Shown here piece by piece: positions 46,601 to 55,085 of a DNA stretch of 64,000 nucleotides. The position numbers were made by a program, and so were the translations under genes. Position 1 is the stretch's first letter. Every line of letters starts with the position of its first letter. The DNA comes from a virus: the IMG/VR virus record IMGVR_UViG_3300047476_000704, positions 96,001 to 160,000 of that record. One strand, given 5' to 3'. The notes under the pieces are model-generated. The model saw only the letters and a list, made by a program, of their open reading frames with translations. It did not search any database and was not told the DNA's origin.

Positions 46601-46773
46601 GTATTTGGTTCTAAATATTCCGTACCTGCAATTAAGAAAGCATTTTTACCACCTGTAAATGTGTCAGGTAGTTCTGTTAGATTAAAATATTGTGATGTTA
46701 CACGTCTATCTTCAAGGAATACTGATGTGTATTCTAACCTCTCGTCAGGCGCAACTTTAACTTCTACTGCCAT
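43660..46773 (-). CDS. Tail/baseplate fibre-spike protein with C-terminal peptidase S74 chaperone
   Basis: GTFSG.LSAA.GTF repeats; SSSRKYKKEI...AGLIAEEV...GVYYQ...KVVQDL..RVEELE. Confidence 0.7.
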   Translation of the reverse strand: MAVEVKVAPDERLEYTSVFLEDRRVTSQYFNLTELPDTFTGGKNAFLIAGTEYLEPNTEVIVQIRDANGRVVYTETSDGSPEYYEGISKVVAVYVYPNDSVAQAKDSTAFGPCTITILGELKFYDNNGSKTEVPEIWKGKYNVRYIGQANINPNLANTTRVRFFYRPKATITELLKPIYNVSGSSVSASAITASYANIKLSRLETFAGDVKRVKVYRTSEGTVSDFELIQDIQIEAKELLQSFEATGSVVTDTGFFNSEVLSKFWNSGSLTATLDTNQFSGSTSVKLNGNGNFTYIPKLDLSDITVYELAFDGFYTGSSQSNLEIYISGSQNGNRKIDTINGLFPTRNLTNYVSQFSLPNSESTASLYFKQTQGNWFLKDISLRASSETVFSPNEVSFIVSMPTNISNETFNFKFEFFDVNNNYIPVAVTASQTFTGGNDNLTTIASSVSAVSGSITNFSSSYFEDIFSGSNSLSGSLTSSISSSVSQLSQSVSRSVATTYSQSFFNLQTLANGGFSGTFIDNTTVFSPVIGGQAGYISGKFTVGAPPNSIVLDATTSTRRIYIGTGTYNNSNTKVYLDSDGKFSLTDKLTFDGTNLSINGSGTFSGNLSAAGGTFSGALSAASGTFTGALSGGTISIGSGNSIFKADSNGIYLGNASFNSAPFRVYLDGSLYAASATISGNVTITSGTTYDTINSKIGGGDVNGYVTSISGNAITTGTVSANRIDVSGVISAGSIIVSGNNITSLTNNAGYQANGDAKTAGSVGGWVINSSEIQGGSPSGGGNGSYTSQGIRLGSSGYISSQKFYIDTSGNASFKGDITGASGTFSGNLSGANITGATGTFAGSISGASGTFGDVTISSGGVTFGNFRLSSGGISYVSYNFNSEVQDYSMFTQRLRLYQNVQNQGGHDNSLQFDFLYSASGLTTLGVDGSGNVKKVSSSRKYKKEINSLSLTSAKRILNLNIVSFKDKDTEVSDVLHAGLIAEEVDDLNYKDWVIYDNSGSVDGVYYQSIFSSMIKVVQDLNKRVEELEAKISGSL

Positions 46774-46820
46774 AAATGTAGGATATTCTTTTATATAAAT
46801 ATCCTACTTATGGTTTTTTG

Positions 46821-49800
46821 TTATTTGTGTGAGATTTTTGAATATCCGTTTTCCTTTTTGATTTCAACCAACGAATCTACTACATCACGAATTTGGTCCA
46901 AATGAGAAATGATAGTTACAAAATCAAATTGTGTTTTAAGATACTGAAACAATAAGAATGTAGATTGTAAGTTTTCACCATCCAATGTTCCAAATCCTTC
47001 ATCCAATACCAAAAAATTAGGACGAGGTAAATTACATACATTGATTAGTGCAACTCTAATTGCCAATCCACTAATGAACTTCTCCATACCACTACACATC
47101 TCCAATCCCCACTCTTGGTCTTCATATACTATGTTGGCATTTACATTCTTACCATCCATCGTAAGAGTGATACCAAAGTCTACAATTTGAGATAGAATAT
47201 TGTTTACTTCACCTTCAATTACAGGTAAGGATTTTGCAATCAAATCATAAGATACACCATCTCTTTTAACCGCATCTAAATAGTACTCATATGTAGAATA
47301 TCTTTCCTCTAATTCTTTGGCTTCCTCAATCTTTTCGTTAATACTAGCAATCTTTTCTTGTAATCTTGATATTGAACCAGTTAATGACAACATTTCTTTT
47401 TGTATGGAGGAAATATTTGTATCAACATTTTCAATATTACTTTTAGCAATATTGATGTCTTTTTGAAGAACTTTATTGTTTTGGATTGTTGCTTCGTTTT
47501 CATGATACTTCTGGATTAAAGTTTGGATATTTTGTAACTCCAATTCAGCTGCTTGCTTTTTACTTTCGTATGATTTAATATCAACTACTAACTTTTCAGC
47601 ACTCAACTTACCCTTATCAAACTTTTGTTTAAATGATTTGTACTCATTATAATTATCAACTACACCATTTAATTTTTCTAATTTGTATAGAGTTTTAGAA
47701 TAATTTTTTTCCAACTCTTCCAATACAATCTTTTGAGAATCAACTTCTTCTTGTGTTTTTTGCGCATCCTTTACGAATACATTGTTCATACAAAAATTAC
47801 AATTAGGGTCATACTCATGCTCCGCCAAATGTACCAACTTTTCTTCATTCTTTTCCAATGAAATCTTACACTTTTCAATTGAGTGTAAAGAAGATGTTTG
47901 TAAGTTAGATAATCGTAGATATTCAGTATGTGCAGTTTCAATATCCAATTCCCCAAATGTTGCTAACTCATTTACACTTTGTGAGATTTGAATTAACGCA
48001 TCTTTGAATTGCTCTAATTGGTCTAACTTTTTAGCTTCATCATCTTTTAGTTGTTGGATTTTATCTTCCTGCTCTTTTTTCTTTTTTTCCAACCCATCAA
48101 TATCAGCAATACCAGCATCCACTGGAACTAATTGTTGTGTAAGTTCCAATAGTGTATTGTTGTAGTTTGAACGATTATCTATTAGTTCCTTATGCTTTCC
48201 TTCTTCAACGGAATAACTATCGCTTAAAGCAACTACTTTTAACTCATCATTGGCCAATTCGGTAGTGAAATCATTTGATTTAAATTTCTTTAATAAGACC
48301 TGAACCTCCTTAATATCTTCCAAAGCATATGCGTACAATTTATCAAATACATTGATACCCATAAATTGTGCTAACAAATCCTTTCGTTCCGATTGGGATT
48401 TATCAATAAACAAAGCATTATTACCTTGTAACGATAATGCGGTTAATACAAAATCTTCATAAGTTCCCAAATATTGAGAGATGTTTTTATTTGTATCTCT
48501 ACGCTCTGTACCATTTAATAAGATTTGCTGTCCATCAACTTCTTTCCAGAACTGAACATCTACCTTTACATTTGTTCCTTTTGAGTTTTGCTGTGCAGTT
48601 CTTTCAATGTAAAAATCTTCATCGTTTATTTGGAAATGTAATTTACACTTAAAGTTTGTTTTACGATTGTTTAATATCGCTGATGCTCTAAATGCTCTAC
48701 TACATTTATCAAATGCACAAAATGATACTGCATCAAAGATTGATGATTTACCACTTGCGTTTGGAGCAAATAATCCAATGATACCATTTAACTTTGTGAA
48801 ATCAATAACATTATCTTCTCCGTATGAGAACATATTTGAAAACTCAAATTTAATAGGTTTCCATATAATGTTTTTAGCCAAATCTTCATCTGTCAGTTTT
48901 TTGTTTAATTCCGTATTTAATGATTTTACATTTGCAAGAGATTGCGCATCAATTGAAAAAGAACGAACTAAATAATCTTCAATCAATCCATTTTGGTAAT
49001 CTACATCGTTAATATCGCCAATGTTAATTTTACCATCTCTAACGCCGTTACGGAGTTTAGATAAACTATCTGTTTTAGTAATCGTAAATTCATCAACATT
49101 ATATCTTTTTTTAATTTCAGTAGTAACTCTCTTCATATCACCAACATCCGTATTGGATACATAGACACGAAGACGTGGTTTTTTTGGCATATCCGTAACG
49201 GATGGAACTATACCATTATCAACATGCAATGTATAGTAACCATATTCGTTTGGAATATCAACATAGGTAGGAGTCAAAGTATCAACATCCCAAATAGCAT
49301 ATCCGTGATTTTCTAATGCCTCACCATGCGATTGCTGAATAAGTGAACCCGGATAAACTACGATTGGGTTTTTATCTTTAACAGTTTGTCTTTTATGAAT
49401 ATCACCTAATAGTGCAGCATCATATCCATCAAAAATATCAGTTGTAAAATTACGGGAACTTACCACATAACCAATATCGGTTTGTGATTTATCAATAGGC
49501 CCGTGAAAAAGTGCTATCTTAACATCACCCTGAATATCGGCTCCTTTTGGCCAATTCTCCTTCTTATCAAAGATGCTGAATACACCAAATGTAATATTGT
49601 GAACCTTAACTACATCGGTATCTCTTAAATAATATAAGTTAGGTAAATTAAGTCCATCAACAATAGGAGTCAATGCATCTAATCTGTGGATATTATTTAG
49701 ATTACAATCGTGGTTACCCGCAATTAAAAATGTAGGACACAACTCCGAGCATTCTCTTAAAAAATCTGAAATCTCCTTTACCAACTCTGGCGATAATTCC

Positions 49801-49988
49801 AATTTAGCATGTGCAATATCTCCAGCTAAATAAATAATAGCGTCATCAGTACCACGTTGCTTAATATCTGAATATAATTTACTAAATACTTCTCTGTATT
49901 CATTGTGTCTCTTCAAATTGCGAATGTGGACATCTGCAATATGATAAATGGTCTTAATTTTCTTAAAACCTAAATCTATATTTCTCAT
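46821..49988 (-). CDS. Fused Mre11/SbcD nuclease and Rad50/SbcC ATPase (T4 gp47-gp46-like)
   Basis: ADVH, GDIAH, GNHD, FHG, GDIH phosphoesterase motifs, then APNASGKSS (Walker A), long coiled coil, CSGMEK signature, LDEGFGTLD (Walker B/D-loop). Confidence 0.92.
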   Translation of the reverse strand: MRNIDLGFKKIKTIYHIADVHIRNLKRHNEYREVFSKLYSDIKQRGTDDAIIYLAGDIAHAKLELSPELVKEISDFLRECSELCPTFLIAGNHDCNLNNIHRLDALTPIVDGLNLPNLYYLRDTDVVKVHNITFGVFSIFDKKENWPKGADIQGDVKIALFHGPIDKSQTDIGYVVSSRNFTTDIFDGYDAALLGDIHKRQTVKDKNPIVVYPGSLIQQSHGEALENHGYAIWDVDTLTPTYVDIPNEYGYYTLHVDNGIVPSVTDMPKKPRLRVYVSNTDVGDMKRVTTEIKKRYNVDEFTITKTDSLSKLRNGVRDGKINIGDINDVDYQNGLIEDYLVRSFSIDAQSLANVKSLNTELNKKLTDEDLAKNIIWKPIKFEFSNMFSYGEDNVIDFTKLNGIIGLFAPNASGKSSIFDAVSFCAFDKCSRAFRASAILNNRKTNFKCKLHFQINDEDFYIERTAQQNSKGTNVKVDVQFWKEVDGQQILLNGTERRDTNKNISQYLGTYEDFVLTALSLQGNNALFIDKSQSERKDLLAQFMGINVFDKLYAYALEDIKEVQVLLKKFKSNDFTTELANDELKVVALSDSYSVEEGKHKELIDNRSNYNNTLLELTQQLVPVDAGIADIDGLEKKKKEQEDKIQQLKDDEAKKLDQLEQFKDALIQISQSVNELATFGELDIETAHTEYLRLSNLQTSSLHSIEKCKISLEKNEEKLVHLAEHEYDPNCNFCMNNVFVKDAQKTQEEVDSQKIVLEELEKNYSKTLYKLEKLNGVVDNYNEYKSFKQKFDKGKLSAEKLVVDIKSYESKKQAAELELQNIQTLIQKYHENEATIQNNKVLQKDINIAKSNIENVDTNISSIQKEMLSLTGSISRLQEKIASINEKIEEAKELEERYSTYEYYLDAVKRDGVSYDLIAKSLPVIEGEVNNILSQIVDFGITLTMDGKNVNANIVYEDQEWGLEMCSGMEKFISGLAIRVALINVCNLPRPNFLVLDEGFGTLDGENLQSTFLLFQYLKTQFDFVTIISHLDQIRDVVDSLVEIKKENGYSKISHK

Positions 49989-50974
49989 TTAATAAAAGAT
50001 AGTTTCTGTTTGATTAAACTTTCAAAACTCAAAGTTACGGAATTTTTCTGATATATCAAAATATCTTTGAACTTTAATTCTCCAGCATCCTTTTCCTGAA
50101 AATCTATTAACTTTATTGTTGGTATTATTGTATTATATTTTTCGTAAATCTTTAACGAATCTTGTTTAGCATCGTTATCCAGTGCAATTACTATTTCTTT
50201 AACTTCACCATCAGCTACTCTTTTTCTAATTTCAGTATCCAACTTTCTTGGTACAAATTTACCAAACAAAGGAATAGCATTTCTCTTTAAAGCAATTGCA
50301 TCAAAAGCACCTTCGCATAATGTAATTGGTTCAGTCCAATCTATTTGATTTTCAAAAGCAATTATATTTTTACTTACAGGTGGATTCTTATATTTGTATT
50401 TACTTTGTGGGTCAATATGTCTTGCAATAAAATAGTTCAACATACCATCTTTATCATATGATGGAATAATTACTCTATCCTTATACATACCCTCCGATGT
50501 AAACCCAATGTTATATTTAATTATTTCTTTCTTACTTAAACCTCTATTTTTTAGATATTGGATAGCATGTCCCTCAATTGGATTGGTAACATTTGGTTTT
50601 AGTTCTAATGCTGATTTGAATCCTGGAGGTAGCGATAAGTACACATGGTTTTCAGCATCTTCTTCCTCATACTTTTCCCACATATCTAAAAACTGCTCAT
50701 TAAGAGTTTTGTTAGAACTCATAGCAGTTTTTAATTTAGTATTAGATTCGCCAAAGATAATTTGTAAATCATCGGTGTTCATACCAATTCGCTTTGCCAA
50801 ATATGTTATACTACCACCTGAATTACATACCCAACAATGGAACTTATTGGTTCGTGTATTGACTTGTAGCTTTGGTTTGTGGTGATGACAAAATGGACAA
50901 TGAAAAGCATGCTCATCTTTTTTGAGAGTGAGTGAACTTCCTAAATACTTTTGAAAAAGACTTATTACTTGCAT
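49985..50974 (-). CDS. DNA primase (Zn ribbon + Toprim)
   Basis: HCPFC...HCWVC; YLKNRG; RVIIP; CEGAFDA; IALDND; KDAGE. Confidence 0.9.
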   Translation of the reverse strand: MQVISLFQKYLGSSLTLKKDEHAFHCPFCHHHKPKLQVNTRTNKFHCWVCNSGGSITYLAKRIGMNTDDLQIIFGESNTKLKTAMSSNKTLNEQFLDMWEKYEEEDAENHVYLSLPPGFKSALELKPNVTNPIEGHAIQYLKNRGLSKKEIIKYNIGFTSEGMYKDRVIIPSYDKDGMLNYFIARHIDPQSKYKYKNPPVSKNIIAFENQIDWTEPITLCEGAFDAIALKRNAIPLFGKFVPRKLDTEIRKRVADGEVKEIVIALDNDAKQDSLKIYEKYNTIIPTIKLIDFQEKDAGELKFKDILIYQKNSVTLSFESLIKQKLSFIK

Positions 50975-50978
50975 ACAT

Positions 50979-51010
50979 CAAATATACAAAAAATAATTCA
51001 CATTTCCAAA
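50979..51010 (-). promoter_or_regulatory. Bacteroidota-type sigma70 promoter upstream of primase
   Basis: TTTG-N20-TATATTTG ending 4 nt before the ATG. Confidence 0.6.
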
Positions 51011-51017
51011 TTATTTA

Positions 51018-51425
51018 TTACTCATTTATCCACTCTTCTGGAATTGTTTTATCTGCGAACTTAAAGCCATTCTTATTACACCAATCGGCATATGTAGTTT
51101 TAGATGCTTTACTGATTTTGTTTTTGGATGATGTAAATACAAAACGAATATCCAAATTAGGATGTTGTTGTTTAATTAGTAGATGTTTTTTTCTATCGGA
51201 CAAAACAAATCTACCTTTGGTTTCTACTATGATACCATTTGGTAATTTGAAATCAGGAAGATATTTGTGATTTGTAGCAGGAACAATATAATTTACTACA
51301 TTATCCTTACTTTCGTATTCAAACTTGATTTTTTTAGAAGTGAGTTGATTAGATACTACCTCTTCCAACCCACTTCTAAATCCGTTTGCTATTGCTGTAC
51401 TTTTATAACTTCTTTTTTTAGCCAA
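51018..51425 (-). CDS. T7 endonuclease I-like Holliday-junction resolvase
   Basis: FRSGLEE...YLPDF.LPNGIIVETKGRF...DRKKHLLIKQQHP.LDIRFVF. Confidence 0.9.
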   Translation of the reverse strand: MAKKRSYKSTAIANGFRSGLEEVVSNQLTSKKIKFEYESKDNVVNYIVPATNHKYLPDFKLPNGIIVETKGRFVLSDRKKHLLIKQQHPNLDIRFVFTSSKNKISKASKTTYADWCNKNGFKFADKTIPEEWINE

Positions 51426-51429
51426 AATT

Positions 51430-51777
51430 TTATTTTGTTTTAGGGTCTATTGTTTTTAAGTATGATTTTTCACTATTAAATGGTGAAATACCACTTTCAT
51501 TAAACCATTTAAATCCTGTATTTGTTGATAATTTATCAAATGGTTTATTTGTTTTTTCCGTTTTCATATTTACCATTTTGAAATCGGTTTCTCTCCAACC
51601 TTTAGCTGGTATATTTGTTCTAAATCCATCAACAGATTCTATACCTTCATATGGTTGTTTTAAAAAATCTACACCCAGTGCCTTATCTACACCCTTTGAA
51701 TCTCTATTTTCTCCTGCAAATTTATCATTACCATTGTAAGTATCTAATATACTACCTTTCCAAATTGCCTTTGCCAT
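51430..51777 (-). CDS. Hypothetical late protein
   Basis: Preceded by the ATATTTATA motif and an AAGGAG SD-like sequence. Confidence 0.55.
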   Translation of the reverse strand: MAKAIWKGSILDTYNGNDKFAGENRDSKGVDKALGVDFLKQPYEGIESVDGFRTNIPAKGWRETDFKMVNMKTEKTNKPFDKLSTNTGFKWFNESGISPFNSEKSYLKTIDPKTK

Positions 51778-51823
51778 TTTTAATTTTCTCCTTTTATATA
51801 ATATAAATATATAGTATTATTTT

Positions 51824-53071
51824 TTAAGTATCTATTCTAACAATAAAGTTTACTGGGAAATCTGGTAGTGATTTTATTGGCTTACCCAATTTAGCCACCG
51901 CAACCATTGTCATTGAATCATCGTATAGACCAATTGTGGTTATGTATGGTGCAAGATACGAACCAGTCGGGTCTATTGAAGAAGATACTTCGTAATCGCC
52001 AAATCCACCCTTTGTTACACCATTATGTAGAGATGTTATATTGTAATCTATTACATTACCATCTGATAGTGTACTTTTCTTTCTAATGTATTTTACACCA
52101 TCTACATGGTAATAATATGGATATGTCTTTGTATCATGTGAATCTTTACTAAAATCCCACAATGATGAAGATGCAATATACCCACCAACCTCAACTATTG
52201 CAGTTGGATTTGTAGATACATTAAATTCATCTTCTCCAACTATAATATAATATTCATTTTCATATATTGTATTTGTACCCTTATATTCTATTTTAAAATT
52301 TGTAATTTCGGTATCAAAGTTTGTACTTTTTGTTAATGTAATAATACCATGTTCATAGCTAACATTACCAACTACATTTTTTGCATATTTAAATTGTGTT
52401 ATATTAGATTCGGTTTCAACTTGACCTATATTGTATGCTTCTGAATCACTACCATCACCTTCGCCAGATGATAATTTAAATACTATAAACCCACTATCAC
52501 CTAAATCGGTTTGAACTACCAATATTTGAGTTTCAGCATCAAACGATACAATAGTTAAATCTATTATATTACCCACACCATCTCTAATTTGAAAAACGGA
52601 TGTTTGTAGATTTAACGCTAATACATCAAATATTTCTTTATTACTTAAAAGATTACCATACCCATCATCTATGATTAACTTTGGTGCTTCCGTTTCTAAA
52701 CTATCAATATCGGTTAATGTTATTGATTTCGGTTTTATTTCTTCACCATAATGATTTTGTGGTATAGTAAATACAACGCACTTATTACCCAATACACGCT
52801 TACCATATGTGGCTGTATCGGTTACATAATCGGGTATTTCTCTACTATATGTTCTTAATGGATTGTATATTTCATCATAATACATTCTGTGGACTTGGTG
52901 CCATAATGAATGTAAAAATAATTCATTAGAAGTTAAAGTATGCTCTGGTGCATATTTGTTTTCTGCTAAATATCTATAATAACCACTACCACTATCTGCA
53001 TTTGTTGCAGTATATGATTTGTAGACCTTAAATGGTCTTATACTAATATCACTTTTAGGTATTTTCTTCAT
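51824..53071 (-). CDS. Baseplate/tail structural protein
   Basis: C-terminal PYITTIGLYDD...VAVAKLGKPIK; paralogous to 53141..54370. Confidence 0.55.
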   Translation of the reverse strand: MKKIPKSDISIRPFKVYKSYTATNADSGSGYYRYLAENKYAPEHTLTSNELFLHSLWHQVHRMYYDEIYNPLRTYSREIPDYVTDTATYGKRVLGNKCVVFTIPQNHYGEEIKPKSITLTDIDSLETEAPKLIIDDGYGNLLSNKEIFDVLALNLQTSVFQIRDGVGNIIDLTIVSFDAETQILVVQTDLGDSGFIVFKLSSGEGDGSDSEAYNIGQVETESNITQFKYAKNVVGNVSYEHGIITLTKSTNFDTEITNFKIEYKGTNTIYENEYYIIVGEDEFNVSTNPTAIVEVGGYIASSSLWDFSKDSHDTKTYPYYYHVDGVKYIRKKSTLSDGNVIDYNITSLHNGVTKGGFGDYEVSSSIDPTGSYLAPYITTIGLYDDSMTMVAVAKLGKPIKSLPDFPVNFIVRIDT

Positions 53072-53090
53072 CTATAATAAATATAATAAA

Positions 53091-53121
53091 AAGAAAAACC
53101 CATCTTTTTGGGATGGGTTTT
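53091..53121 (-). terminator. Intrinsic terminator
   Basis: AAAACCCATC-CCAAAAA-GATGGGTTTT then TCTTTTT. Confidence 0.75.
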
Positions 53122-53140
53122 CAATTTGAGTTATTGTTTA

Positions 53141-54370
53141 TTAGAAATCCAATTTAACTTTTAATACCAATTCTTTTGAGAATGATTTTTCAATTGGTTT
53201 AGAAGTTTTTGCTACTGCTAATAATTCGTTTGCATCGTTATATAGACCTATTGTTGTAATATATGCCTTTGGGTCTGTTTTAAATGTATCTTGATAGAAT
53301 GTTCCTTGTGAACCGCTTGTGTAAGTTGGGTTATTTGAGTAGTTAAATTCTCTATTGAATACTCTTACAAAGTAATGTGATGTAGAAACATTTTCAGTTC
53401 TTCTTGCTTCAAAATCCGCACCACCTTTGATTGCGTTAAACAATCTTCTATGATTAAATTCATAAGAAACATAAGAACCAGATGGAGTCAATTCAGCTCC
53501 AACTACTGTTGCTAATGCAGTAGGGTTCAATAATATAATACCTTGTTCTGGGTAAAACTTACCATAACCATATCCACCAGTTGCCGTACTTCTACTTACA
53601 ATAGTTGCTGCGTTGTTAGTTCCCAAATTCAATGAACCAGAAACCATATTAAATTCTCTTACACCATAGTTTGTTTGATAATCAAATTTCTGTCCACTAT
53701 CATCAATCAAAGTAATTGTACCTGCTGAACCCGATAATGTCAATGAGATATTTCCAGCATCCATTCTTTCTCTGTATCTTGCACGAGAAACATTTACGAT
53801 ATAAACATCATCACTTTCATAACCATCTGCTGTACTACCTGTATAAAAAGTAAATTTAGGTTTTGCTGCATCTAACAATAAAGAACGATATTGTACATAT
53901 GTTGCTTTTGTTGGTAGAGTAGATATATCATTTGCTGCTAAATTAGGAGCCCCAGCACCACTAATGTGCCCATAAGATACAGCAAACTCAACTTCTGCAC
54001 TTGCGGTTGTTTCTGATGCGTAAATATTGTAGTAGTATTCATCGGTTGCTGAACCACTTTGACCCGCAACTGCTGATGTAGAACCGGTAAAGAATGTAGT
54101 TAAACTACCATCTCCACTACTCCACAAACCAGTTGTTACGATTTCATTCTTTGCAGTTACAATATCAGTTGTATTGAATTGCTTGTAGATTGAGTTTGTA
54201 ACAACACCAGTTTCAGTTACTAATTGTTCACCAGTTGTTAAATATCTGTTAATGATTCCAGCCAATTGGGTTGTATCTAATGCGCCATTAGCTGCTTGCT
54301 TTTGCCCATTTAGATACTGTGCTAAATCGTTAATAAGTTGGGTACCTGTATTTTGTCCTAAAGTTGCCAT
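53141..54370 (-). CDS. Baseplate/tail structural protein
   Basis: C-terminal AYITTIGLYND.NELLAVAK.SKPI, resembling the tail-collar/wedge 'E.GL...G.L.AVA' motif. Confidence 0.55.
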   Translation of the reverse strand: MATLGQNTGTQLINDLAQYLNGQKQAANGALDTTQLAGIINRYLTTGEQLVTETGVVTNSIYKQFNTTDIVTAKNEIVTTGLWSSGDGSLTTFFTGSTSAVAGQSGSATDEYYYNIYASETTASAEVEFAVSYGHISGAGAPNLAANDISTLPTKATYVQYRSLLLDAAKPKFTFYTGSTADGYESDDVYIVNVSRARYRERMDAGNISLTLSGSAGTITLIDDSGQKFDYQTNYGVREFNMVSGSLNLGTNNAATIVSRSTATGGYGYGKFYPEQGIILLNPTALATVVGAELTPSGSYVSYEFNHRRLFNAIKGGADFEARRTENVSTSHYFVRVFNREFNYSNNPTYTSGSQGTFYQDTFKTDPKAYITTIGLYNDANELLAVAKTSKPIEKSFSKELVLKVKLDF

Positions 54371-54392
54371 ATTTTTTTGTTATCCAATTTTA

Positions 54393-55022
54393 TTATTCAG
54401 GTGTTACATAGGTTACTGTAACTGGAATTGTTACCGAACCACCTGTCTCATTTCCAAATATTGTTATTGTTGTTGAGATTGTAGATGTCAATGAGCTATT
54501 TGGTATGAAAGAAAAAGTTAAACCTTTAGCAACTTCAGCGGTTGTTGTTATATTAGAACCCAAGAAAGTTGTTGTAGTTGTATTTGCACTTGTCAAACCT
54601 TCACCAATAATAGAACCTGCGTTTTTGTTTGCCAAAATTGCCGTATAACCAGCGTTTTTGTTTCCAGCAGGAGATGTAGTTGGTGTGATTGGGAATTGTC
54701 CCGATGTTGTTTTAGCAGCTACCGTAGTAACATTCAATGAAACTTGTGGGATTTTTGTAGTATTCTTTGGTAATGTAACCAATTTATACTTCAATACTTG
54801 AGTTTCATCTGGAGATGCTTCTAAAATTGGAGTAGCTTTGATTGATGCATCATAATAAGCAGAACCCTTTGGGTGAGCCGCATCATATAATGCGTAATCA
54901 ATTTCATCATCACCCAAAGCAAATTGTGTAATGTTTAATGATTGTCCCGATGCTAATTTTTCTCTTCCTTTTTTTGTAAGAATAGCATCAACAGTAATTG
55001 TAGTATTATCTAAATATCCCAT
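54393..55022 (-). CDS. Baseplate wedge-like protein
   Basis: ILTKKGREKLA...ITQFALGDDE resembles tail-collar/wedge N-termini. Confidence 0.55.
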   Translation of the reverse strand: MGYLDNTTITVDAILTKKGREKLASGQSLNITQFALGDDEIDYALYDAAHPKGSAYYDASIKATPILEASPDETQVLKYKLVTLPKNTTKIPQVSLNVTTVAAKTTSGQFPITPTTSPAGNKNAGYTAILANKNAGSIIGEGLTSANTTTTTFLGSNITTTAEVAKGLTFSFIPNSSLTSTISTTITIFGNETGGSVTIPVTVTYVTPE

Positions 55023-55085
55023 ATTTGTATTTTATATCATTAATAAATATATAATATATAATTTTTTAATTTTTTTTCAACTTTA

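Larger units (their letters stand above)
4703..55049 (-). promoter_or_regulatory. Dispersed putative late-promoter motif ATATTTATA (13 exact copies, 2 ATATTTATT variants); the span is the outer bound
   Basis: Plus-strand TATAAATA(T) at 4703, 6122, 7428, 11237, 19743, 23423, 24011, 33696, 36689, 39623, 43646, 46794, 51802; AATAAATA(T) at 53076 and 55042. Each is about 5-57 nt upstream of a minus-strand start codon. Confidence 0.7.

Noticed and set aside
4703-55049. TATAAATA as T4-style promoters driving antisense (plus-strand) RNA
   Set aside because: The copies track minus-strand start codons and no credible plus-strand genes follow them. Antisense transcription is not excluded without RNA data.
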